NCBI GenBank assembly: GCA_040386815.1
Contig: JAZKET010000034.1
Location: forward strand, 61,236-125,235
DNA: 64,000 bases
DNA from: Bacteroidota bacterium
GTDB lineage: Bacteria; Bacteroidota; Bacteroidia; Sphingobacteriales; Sphingobacteriaceae
Direction: 5' to 3'
In this document: piece after piece, positions 56,106 through 64,000 of the stretch
Position numbering within the stretch: position 1 is the stretch's first letter
Layout of the letters: each line of letters starts with the position of its first letter
The notes under the pieces: model-generated
Database searches by the model: none
Seen by the model: the letters and a program-made list of their open reading frames with translations, nothing else
Told to the model about the DNA's origin: nothing
Made by a program: the position numbers and the translations under genes

Positions 56106-58841
56106 ATGATAAAAATAAAACGCCTTTATATTAAAATCGGATTATTCTGTTCGCTTTTCCTGCTTTTCGCTTTCGTGCCTAAAGCCGACGACCCAATTGA
56201 TAAGCTGGTAGCAGCGCTTCAAAAATGGACAGACACCTATCCGCAGGAAAAAGTATACCTGCACATGGACAAGCCTTATTATGCATTGGGCGATACCATT
56301 TGGTTTAAAGGCTACATTACTATAGGCAGCAGGCACCAGCTTTCTAAACTAAGCGGGGCATTGCATGTTGATTTTATAACAGACCAGGATTCAGTAATAC
56401 GTTCGCTTAAATTACCCATCATATCGGGCATGGTTGTAGGCGAGTTTAATTTAAGCGATGATTTTAAAGAAGGCAGCTACCGTATACGCGCCTACACACA
56501 ATGGATGCTTAACGCCGGCGACGAATACTTTTTCGACAAAACATTCACTGTAGGCAGTATTGGCAGCAATGTAGTGGCTAAAGCCGATTATCAGTATAAA
56601 ACCGTTAACAACAAACCCATACTTACCGCAGTATTAAATTACACCGATGATGATGGCCGCGCGCTTGCCGAACGCAGCATTAAATATCAGATTGTTATTG
56701 ACAAAACGGTAATGGATACCAAAGTTACCAAAACCGACGCCCTGGGTAGCTTGATGATAAATATTGCTAATGACAAACGCGCAAATTTAAGCGGCGCTTA
56801 CATACGTACTATTATTGAAGATAAGGATAAGCAGCCTGTCATTCGCGATTTTCCTATCAAAGCCGGCTTGGTTCAGTCTGATGTTCAGTTTTTCCCTGAG
56901 AGCGGTAACCTGGTTGCCGGGGTATCATCGCGCGTTGCTTTTAAAGCTATTGGCGTTGATGGCACAGGCACGCCCATAAAAGGCAGCGTTGTTGATCAGG
57001 CTAATGCCGAGGTAGCGCAAATTGAAACACTACATGCCGGTATGGGCAATTTTTTGATGCGCCCCGAGGCTGGCAAAACATACACAGCCAAAATCAGTTT
57101 TGCAGATGGATCAACAAAAACCGTCGCCTTGCCAAAGGTGGTTGACGAGGGTTATGTACTGGGTGTTTACCAACCTAATAAAGACAGTATCCTGGTAAGA
57201 ATTGGCGCATCGGCAAATATGGTTGCTGCCGGACAGGATATATTGTTTATTGCACAAACCAGTGGCGAAACTATTTTTGCCACCCCGGTAAAAATCGCGA
57301 AAGCATCTACATCTATATGGTTAGAGAAAAAATCATTCCCTAGCGGTATTGCACAGTTTAATTTGTTTGATGCCAATGGGCAACCGTTAAATGAGCGTGT
57401 AGCATTTATCAGAAGCAATGACGTAATGCAGCTATTGGTAAAATCATCTAAAGCCACTTACAAAGCCAAAGAGCCAATTGCCGTATCGCTGGAAGCTAAA
57501 GACAGTAAGGGTGCCGGCATACCGGGCAACTTCTCTGTAGCTGTAATTGACGAAACCAAAGTACCGGGCGGCGAAGATGTAGAAAGCACCATATTTTCAA
57601 ACCTGCTGTTAACATCAGATCTTAAGGGTTATATTGAAAAGCCTAATTATTACTTTGCCAAACAGGGCGACGAAGTTGATCGTGCTTTAGACAACCTGAT
57701 GCTTACCCAGGGCTATAGCCGTTTTACCTGGAACAAATTGCCTGTATTAAACGCAGCCAAGCCAGCCTATGAGCCAGAGGACCTTGGGGTTAAAATATCA
57801 GGAAAAGTTTATAAGCTGGCTAGCAATAGTGTAATTGCGGGGGCTACTGTAGATATGATCTCGATACGTGCCGGCATTAACAAAACCGCTACTACCGATG
57901 CCGAGGGCCGTTTTAGTTTTGGCCCCATACTATTGCAAGACAGTATTAAGTTTGCCGTACAGGCTAAAAACGGCAAAAGCGACAAGGTTAAGATTATGAT
58001 TGATACCCTGCCAAAAGTAAGAATAGGCATTAACCCTAATTTTGGCGATGTAAGCACCAATGTAAGCGCCACACTTAGCGCCTACTTGCAAAATCTTAAA
58101 AAGCAGGACGAGTTTTATGAAAAAACCGGACAGCTTGATAAAGTGCAACGCCTTAGAGAGGTACGTATTAAAGCTAAACGGGCAAAAGCCGAATCAAACC
58201 TAACGCCGCAGGGCATGTTTCAGATACCTGAAGTATCGGCCGATAAGGTGGTACGTTTCTCTGAGTACGAAGCCGACATGTGTCTTAATCTTTCTATGTG
58301 CTTACAAGCCAGGTTGCCGGGTGTAAGGGTTGAATCAAACCTTGGCTATACTACCATGACAGACCTGCGCGGCTCAAAACTGGTGCTAATACTTGACGGC
58401 CGTAAAATTACCAGCGCTGATGAAGTTTCAGAGATACTGGAAGGCAGCGTACCGCCTACCGATGTAGCCAAAATATTATTGGTAAGAACTAACGAAGCGA
58501 TTAAAAACACCTTAGGTGGCGACGGCGCCGGTTATATATTGATTATAACTAAACTGGGCACTGCGCGTAAACTGTATATACCCAACATTGCCAACGTAAC
58601 ACCTAAAGGCTTTAATAAAGTGCGCGAGTTTTATATGCCTAAGTATACTACCGCTAACGCTACACAAGCCGATTTACGTACTACCATTTATTGGGACCCA
58701 CGTATTAAAACAGACGCGAATGGAAAAACCGCCTTTACCTATTTTAATGCCGACGGCCCCGGCACCTATAAAGTGGTGGTTGAAGGCATAAATGCTGCGG
58801 GCGAATTAGGCAGACAAGTTTACAGATATACTGTAAAATAA
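56106..58841 (+). CDS. Exported MG2/macroglobulin-like protein with CarboxypepD_reg-like and TonB-plug-like domains, no barrel
   Basis: QEKVYLHMDKPYYALGDTIWFK, QFFPESGNL, DNLMLTQGY, plug-like LPGV...ILDG...GYILIITK, RTTIYWDP; ATG 56106 preferred. Confidence 0.82.
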   Translation: MIKIKRLYIKIGLFCSLFLLFAFVPKADDPIDKLVAALQKWTDTYPQEKVYLHMDKPYYALGDTIWFKGYITIGSRHQLSKLSGALHVDFITDQDSVIRSLKLPIISGMVVGEFNLSDDFKEGSYRIRAYTQWMLNAGDEYFFDKTFTVGSIGSNVVAKADYQYKTVNNKPILTAVLNYTDDDGRALAERSIKYQIVIDKTVMDTKVTKTDALGSLMINIANDKRANLSGAYIRTIIEDKDKQPVIRDFPIKAGLVQSDVQFFPESGNLVAGVSSRVAFKAIGVDGTGTPIKGSVVDQANAEVAQIETLHAGMGNFLMRPEAGKTYTAKISFADGSTKTVALPKVVDEGYVLGVYQPNKDSILVRIGASANMVAAGQDILFIAQTSGETIFATPVKIAKASTSIWLEKKSFPSGIAQFNLFDANGQPLNERVAFIRSNDVMQLLVKSSKATYKAKEPIAVSLEAKDSKGAGIPGNFSVAVIDETKVPGGEDVESTIFSNLLLTSDLKGYIEKPNYYFAKQGDEVDRALDNLMLTQGYSRFTWNKLPVLNAAKPAYEPEDLGVKISGKVYKLASNSVIAGATVDMISIRAGINKTATTDAEGRFSFGPILLQDSIKFAVQAKNGKSDKVKIMIDTLPKVRIGINPNFGDVSTNVSATLSAYLQNLKKQDEFYEKTGQLDKVQRLREVRIKAKRAKAESNLTPQGMFQIPEVSADKVVRFSEYEADMCLNLSMCLQARLPGVRVESNLGYTTMTDLRGSKLVLILDGRKITSADEVSEILEGSVPPTDVAKILLVRTNEAIKNTLGGDGAGYILIITKLGTARKLYIPNIANVTPKGFNKVREFYMPKYTTANATQADLRTTIYWDPRIKTDANGKTAFTYFNADGPGTYKVVVEGINAAGELGRQVYRYTVK

Positions 58842-58862
58842 ATACATTGAAAAGGATATTTG

Positions 58863-58894
58863 AAAGCGGGTTGCCAAAGCGCCCGCTTTTTTAT
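58863..58894. terminator. Terminator between convergent genes
   Basis: AAAGCGGG / CCCGCTTT inverted repeat followed by a T-run. Confidence 0.7.
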
Positions 58895-58948
58895 TTTAGG
58901 GCGATTAGGATTTGCCAATGATAGTAACCTTAATGCCCCGGCAAATTT

Positions 58949-59863
58949 TTAATTAAGCTGTGATTTTAATACCGCCTGCCGTTTACCACTAAACAAATGA
59001 TGCGCGTTAAATATCAGCACCGATATAAATATAAGCGAGTATGATATGATCTGTATTTGGCTGATATGTTCTTTGTAGAAGATGCCGGCCAATGTAAAAC
59101 CTATAATTGGGTTGATATTTAATAACATACCCAAAGTTGACGAATTAAGGCCCTTCAACGCGAACAGATTTAAAAACAGTGGAATGATGGTGAATGCTAC
59201 AGCTATAATCTCTATATACAAATAGAATTTAAATTCGGCAGGCAATGGGCCACCCAATGCCGGGTAAAACGGCAATAGCATTACAGCCGATAGGACGATA
59301 TGAAAGGTAAGTACAATAAACTTATCAAACCCTGCATTTTTACGCTGGCTAACCAGGTAGGCGGCATAGCTAAAACCCACCATGGTGCTGTAAAACATAT
59401 CAATAATATTAGCGTACGATAGCAGCACACAAGCCACCAAACTTAAGCCAATGGCGCCCCATTGCAGCTTAGTCAATTTTTCGCGCAAAATGGCCCAGGC
59501 CAGTAGCGTGGTTAATATAGGGCAAACCAAATAAGCCAGCGACGCGGCTTTTATGCTGATATGATTTAATACATATATAAACGAGAACCAGTTGATGTTA
59601 AGCAAAATACTACCACCAATGTTCAGTAACAATATCTTACGTTTTCTGGCAACAGGCAGTGCTTTGTAGATAGCAATAGTATCTTTAACCGTTTGACGCT
59701 TAAATAACGCCACAATGATCAGCATCAAAATAGCGCAGCTAAATACCCGGTAAAATAAAATATCAGCAGACGGATAAGCGGCCAGCGGTTTTAGCACCAG
59801 GCTAAAAAAGCCCCAGGTTGCATAAGCTGCAATAGCCGACAGGTAGTATCTAGTATTATTCAA
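58949..59863 (-). CDS. rarD: EamA/DMT transporter, RarD-like
   Basis: About 10 TM helices; AYATWG..., DILFYRV, NWFSFIY, ASLAYLVCP and NINPII match the RarD pattern. Confidence 0.75.
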   Translation of the reverse strand: MNNTRYYLSAIAAYATWGFFSLVLKPLAAYPSADILFYRVFSCAILMLIIVALFKRQTVKDTIAIYKALPVARKRKILLLNIGGSILLNINWFSFIYVLNHISIKAASLAYLVCPILTTLLAWAILREKLTKLQWGAIGLSLVACVLLSYANIIDMFYSTMVGFSYAAYLVSQRKNAGFDKFIVLTFHIVLSAVMLLPFYPALGGPLPAEFKFYLYIEIIAVAFTIIPLFLNLFALKGLNSSTLGMLLNINPIIGFTLAGIFYKEHISQIQIISYSLIFISVLIFNAHHLFSGKRQAVLKSQLN

Positions 59864-60084
59864 AGCCTTATTGTAAACGTGTATACAGGGGCAAATATCT
59901 AAAAACGTAACGGGGTTATTGACATGGGTTTGTTAAAATTGGTTTGATATGATTTCTGTAATAAAAACCAGGCAGAAACATCAACATAACAAAGGGTTTT
60001 GAAACTCATGACTATGGCGTTAAAATTATGCTCAAATAAGTTGCAAGAACAATAACCCAAATAGCTAATTCAAAAAAGTAATAT

Positions 60085-60092
60085 TAGCTTTG
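60085..60092 (+). promoter_or_regulatory. -7 promoter element TAGCTTTG for the TlpA gene
   Basis: Matches TAnnTTTG, 35 nt before the ATG. Confidence 0.55.
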
Positions 60093-60127
60093 ATAAAACC
60101 ATCACCAACAGGCCTAAATTTTTTATT

Positions 60128-61933
60128 ATGTGTAAACTTTACAGCTTAATTTTTTTTCTGGTATCGTTTAACTGTATTGCTCAAAAAAGGGCTCAAAACT
60201 TCAGCACGGTTTACGGCCCCAAAAATACAGATCGGCTGGAAAACCTGATATTGCAACCTAAAGTTCCGGTTGTTAAAGGCATTATCCGCAATATTCCCGA
60301 TTCGCTTAAAAACCAAGCCGACTTACTTTCACTTCGTTTAAATACGCTTGATGTTGACGGATATTATGAAAGACCTATAAAACTATCCGCTACAGGAACC
60401 TTTACGTTTAAACCCGATTATGCATGGCCGCTTCAAAAAATTGAACTGGTTATAGGCGAGCTAAGTAACAAAAGTATTTATATTTCAAAAGACCAATATG
60501 TTGATATAGATTTTGACAAACTTGAAAACAACAAACCCGGTGCTGTAATTTATAAAGGTGCCGATGCAAGCTTGAATAATTTCATAGACCGTTACAATCA
60601 GTTTAAGAACAACTACAATTATAAAACGCGTTTGAAAAGCCGTATTGATGCCCTGCTATTTAAAGACACTTTATCGGCGGGCTTTATACCTGGATGGCTA
60701 CAATTGAAACGCGAAACAGACAGCTTGCAGGCAAGCTACTTCGCCACCGACAAATCATCCGCACGTTATGGATGGATAATAAATAATGAATTATTGACAG
60801 AACAATACGCAAGTCTGCTAAGCTTTCACGCTAACCGTAATTTGGAGTTTGATGATAGTCTTTGGGTATCGGTAAATAAGTTTTACCCCCAGTTTTTAAA
60901 TCAACATGTCCCTGGTTTCTATAAGGCCCTGCAAAACTATGTGGTTTCAAAAAGGCAAAAAGACATCAATCTTGATTTCGGAATATCGAGGTTTGAAGCC
61001 CTGCTAAAACACAACGATACTAAAGAAACGGACAAACCCGCAATTAAAGAAGCTTTATACTTATTAGATAGCTTTTTTAAAGGCGAGAAAGCCGGAACAA
61101 GCACCCAGGAAGATGCCGAAAATTTAAATAAAAAAGCAAATGCTGTGCTGAAGAGTTACGATGAGTTTAACAAGAACTATATTAAAATATTTAATGAAAA
61201 ACTTCAGCGGCAAACTTATTACGACTATTTACGTCAAAATTTTAAGCCTAACAGAGCTGATATATTGATTGCGCAAAGTATGCCTAATTTGGTACAAGCA
61301 GGTATAGATAAATTTAATGAAGATTACACCAGGGTTATCCCCCAGATAAAATCGACATTCGTACAAAAGTTTATGAACAGCTATGTTGCCCGAATTAATA
61401 AACTACCGGTAAACGTTAATGCTCTTGCAAAAACAGCGACAAATATGGCTGCTGATACTTTACACTACAGTTATAACAAAACCACGTTGACCAATGGTAT
61501 GGTACTGTACAATAATGACAAGCCCGACGGTATAAGCATTTTTAAACAACTAACAGCTGATTATAAGGGCAAGGTACTTTTGATAGATATGTGGGGTACG
61601 TGGTGCCAACCTTGTATTGATAGTTTTACCGAATCCACTCAATTACGGGCTAAAACCGATAGCAACGTTGTATTTATTTACTTGTGTAACACTTCGCCAA
61701 AAAAAGACTGGATGATGCGCGTTGCCAAACACAACTTACAAGGCATCAACATTTGGCTTACACAAAAACAAACAGCCCAAATGGAAAAGATCTTTAAACT
61801 AACGGGCTATCCAAGCTATCTGATAGTTGACAGGGGTGGAAAAATTCATTACGATGCAGATGCCCGCAAACTATCAGAAGCATCGTTAAAAGGCAACAAT
61901 AAATTAAATGAGTTGGCAAAAACTACTGATTGA
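60128..61933 (+). CDS. TlpA-like disulfide reductase/redoxin with large N-terminal region
   Basis: C-terminal GKVLLIDMWGTWCQPC and GYPSYLIVDRGG. Confidence 0.88.
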   Translation: MCKLYSLIFFLVSFNCIAQKRAQNFSTVYGPKNTDRLENLILQPKVPVVKGIIRNIPDSLKNQADLLSLRLNTLDVDGYYERPIKLSATGTFTFKPDYAWPLQKIELVIGELSNKSIYISKDQYVDIDFDKLENNKPGAVIYKGADASLNNFIDRYNQFKNNYNYKTRLKSRIDALLFKDTLSAGFIPGWLQLKRETDSLQASYFATDKSSARYGWIINNELLTEQYASLLSFHANRNLEFDDSLWVSVNKFYPQFLNQHVPGFYKALQNYVVSKRQKDINLDFGISRFEALLKHNDTKETDKPAIKEALYLLDSFFKGEKAGTSTQEDAENLNKKANAVLKSYDEFNKNYIKIFNEKLQRQTYYDYLRQNFKPNRADILIAQSMPNLVQAGIDKFNEDYTRVIPQIKSTFVQKFMNSYVARINKLPVNVNALAKTATNMAADTLHYSYNKTTLTNGMVLYNNDKPDGISIFKQLTADYKGKVLLIDMWGTWCQPCIDSFTESTQLRAKTDSNVVFIYLCNTSPKKDWMMRVAKHNLQGINIWLTQKQTAQMEKIFKLTGYPSYLIVDRGGKIHYDADARKLSEASLKGNNKLNELAKTTD

Positions 61934-62107
61934 TTAGCCTCTCACTCTCTTTTAAAATCCCAGGCTTAGAAGAATAAGATAGTCACCAGACTACTTGTTA
62001 TGCGCTATAGTTAGAGACTATTGGAAAATTAGGCCAAATGCTATTGATATGGGTTTATTAAAACTGGCTATCGAATATGATTCTGGAATAAAACTGGCAT
62101 ATTGCCA

Positions 62108-62142
62108 AAAGGCTTTGTCTTAGCAGCTAAGACAAAGCCTTT
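62108..62142. terminator. 17-bp perfect inverted repeat after GH125
   Basis: AAAGGCTTTGTCTTAGC-a-GCTAAGACAAAGCCTTT. Confidence 0.7.
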
Positions 62143-62164
62143 AAATATCAAAAGCATAATACGC

Positions 62165-63574
62165 TTATGCCAATAAATGTGGTTTGTTTTTGTAAGTCTC
62201 CCACAAAAACTCGCCAAACAAAGTGTTGGCCCAGGCAAACCAAGGGCGGCTGAATTTTTTAGCATCGTCTTTGTGGAACGACTCGTGCATAAAGCCGGTA
62301 CCGGCGTTGCTGTTTTTCAATATTTTGATACACTGCTTTATCTCGGCATCATTAACGCTGGTTAAACCACGAATAATAACGCTTAAAGGCCATATACGGT
62401 CTTTACCCGCGTGCGGGCCACCTATGCCCTCGCCTGCCGCGCCTTTGTAAAAGAACGGGTTGTTTAACGATAACAACAGCTTACGGGTATTTTGATAGAT
62501 AGGATCTTTAACAGACATGGCATCCAGATAAGGCATACCTAATAACGACGGCACGTTAGCATCGTCCATTAAATTGTAGCTGCCGTAACCATTAACCTCA
62601 AAGGCATAAACCTTACCGTACGTTGGGTGATTAATGATAGCATGTTTTTTCAAAGCTGTTTCAACCTCAAGGGCCAAAGCGGTAAGCTCGGCAGCCAGTT
62701 TGGTGTCTTTGGTAATGGCGGTTATCATGGCCGCTGCCTGGCGCAAGCTGGTTACCGCGAAATAGTTTGATGGCACCAAATAAAGGTAAATGGTTGCATC
62801 ATCGCTTGGGCGGAATGCCGAGCAGATCAATCCGTTTGGACGCACCGGGTAACCGTAACCATCCATAGGTACGCCGTCTGTAGCCCATGATGTTTTACGC
62901 TGAAACCTGTAAGGACCGGGATTTTGCTTGCGCTGTTGCTCTTTAAAAGTTTTTAAAGTAAGCTCAATTGCCTCTTTCCATTTAGCGTCGAAAGGCGTGG
63001 TGTCGCCGGTTACTTTCCAGTAACGGTGTGCCAACCTAATTGGATAACAAAGCGAATCAATCTCCCATTTACGCTCATGGATGCCGGGCTGCATTTTAGT
63101 TTCGTCGTGCGCCCACTCGCCTACCTTGTTTGGGTCGTTATAAAAAGCATTAGCATAAGGGTCTTTTAACACACATTTTGTTTGGTGATTAATAACGCCT
63201 GCAACCAGTTGCTGTAATTTTTTGTCTTGCTTAATAAAGTGCATGTATGGGTATACCTGCGCGCTGCTGTCGCGCAGCCACATAGCGTCAATATCACCGG
63301 TAATAACGTAGGTATCGGGCTTGCCACCCTGCTCGGTATAAGTTACCGTTGTGTCTAACGTGTTAGGGAAACAGTTGTTAAACAACCAAACAAGCTCTTT
63401 ATCTTTTACATTTTTGGTAAACTCTGCAATTGCGCCTTCAACAGCAGTGCTGCTAAAGTTTCTGTTGGCTACCCTAACTACAGGATAACCCGCCTGGGCA
63501 AATGTAGGCACCTTGCTAAGCAATACTGATGCGCCCAGCACGCCGGTGGTTTTTAAAAAATTTCTTCTTTGCAT
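62165..63574 (-). CDS. Glycoside hydrolase family 125 (exo-alpha-1,6-mannosidase-like, DUF1237), Tat-exported
   Basis: QRRNFLK Tat motif; FPNTLDTT, TGDIDAMWLRDSSAQ, ERKWEIDSLCY, MDDANVPSLL, GGPH, FSRPWFAWAN. Confidence 0.95.
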   Translation of the reverse strand: MQRRNFLKTTGVLGASVLLSKVPTFAQAGYPVVRVANRNFSSTAVEGAIAEFTKNVKDKELVWLFNNCFPNTLDTTVTYTEQGGKPDTYVITGDIDAMWLRDSSAQVYPYMHFIKQDKKLQQLVAGVINHQTKCVLKDPYANAFYNDPNKVGEWAHDETKMQPGIHERKWEIDSLCYPIRLAHRYWKVTGDTTPFDAKWKEAIELTLKTFKEQQRKQNPGPYRFQRKTSWATDGVPMDGYGYPVRPNGLICSAFRPSDDATIYLYLVPSNYFAVTSLRQAAAMITAITKDTKLAAELTALALEVETALKKHAIINHPTYGKVYAFEVNGYGSYNLMDDANVPSLLGMPYLDAMSVKDPIYQNTRKLLLSLNNPFFYKGAAGEGIGGPHAGKDRIWPLSVIIRGLTSVNDAEIKQCIKILKNSNAGTGFMHESFHKDDAKKFSRPWFAWANTLFGEFLWETYKNKPHLLA

Positions 63575-63843
63575 ACTGTGTTTAAGTTTAAATATCAAAG
63601 CCACAAAACCACTTGAAGAAGTTTAGCTGCCTTTTATTTACAGACTTTATTTTGTTATTTGTATTAGGATTAATACTTTGGTTAATACTTCTTCAATACT
63701 ATAATTTTTACCGCACTTAAGCAAATTATATTTTAGCCGCCGCCGCCTAAACCATTGATTATTTTACCGCAAGTACTGGCATATTAAAATAGCAATTGTT
63801 TGCTTAAAATTGCTAACTTGTATAAACAACCCTAATTAAACTA

Positions 63844-64000
63844 ATGAGTAGCAAAACTAATTTAAAACTTGCCACAGACTTTGTACGCGCTGTTGAAGCC
63901 GGCGCCTTCGGCGATGATTTAGACCAATTTTACCATGCCGATGTGGTACATACCGAGTATCCAAACGCGTTGGCACCACTGGTAACTACCCGTAACCTAA
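63844..64000 (+). CDS. 5' part of a SnoaL/NTF2-like protein (runs off the window end)
   Basis: Reads MSSKTNLKLATDFVRAVEAGAFGDDLDQFYHADVVHTEYPNAL..., with no stop before the end. Confidence 0.65.
   Translation, partial: MSSKTNLKLATDFVRAVEAGAFGDDLDQFYHADVVHTEYPNALAPLVTTRNL

Noticed and set aside
670-62450. Numerous antisense or nested ORFs in the track (e.g. 933-1256, 7856-8425, 17120-17620, 18529-19071, 26972-27595, 36455-36961)
   Set aside because: They are shadow ORFs opposite well-supported genes and lack recognisable motifs or signals.
1-64000. tRNA or rRNA genes
   Set aside because: No cloverleaf with a GTTCRA T-loop and CCA end, and no rRNA-like conserved sequence, was found in the intergenic regions.

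Overview
A 64 kb stretch of a Bacteroidota chromosome. The gene families, TAnnTTTG promoters and repeat types suggest Sphingobacteriaceae, probably Mucilaginibacter-like (inference). I found no rRNA, tRNA, CRISPR array, integrase or transposase. From left to right: (1) 0-12 kb has GH43-type glycosidases, a Crp/Fnr-SDR pair, a DUF1080 plus heme-c/HEAT beta-propeller pair, a VOC protein, an ABC-F protein with an attenuator-like leader, and a PAP2 phosphatase. (2) 12.5-21.7 kb has a GAF protein converging on a tightly coupled four-gene operon: HD-PycTM(DUF5706), ppk1, an SdiA-regulated beta-propeller lipoprotein, and an Omp85 barrel with a kinase-like passenger. The GAF protein's C-terminal half aligns by eye, motif by motif, with a divergent class III nucleotidyl cyclase. 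This is the best candidate for an undescribed cyclic-nucleotide/polyphosphate system. (3) 21.8-23.15 kb is a cluster of REP-like palindromic repeats containing a tandem duplication. (4) 23.1-31.0 kb encodes a frameshifted periplasmic TPR-CHAT protease, a PKD/beta-barrel protein, a lipoprotein, an ECF sigma factor and a TM-TPR anti-sigma, together a candidate caspase-like trans-envelope signalling cascade. (5) 31-55.3 kb has an alkaline-phosphatase-fold enzyme, a CotH kinase, a DUF4185-like propeller and a mini HTH. These sit next to an 11-gene tandem SusC/SusD locus with fasciclin, DUF5007/DUF5008/DUF4983-like and CBM proteins but no glycoside hydrolase. (6) 56-64 kb has a plug-only MG2-like protein, a RarD/EamA transporter, a TlpA redoxin, GH125 and a partial SnoaL-like gene. 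All family assignments come from motif recognition by eye, not from database searches.
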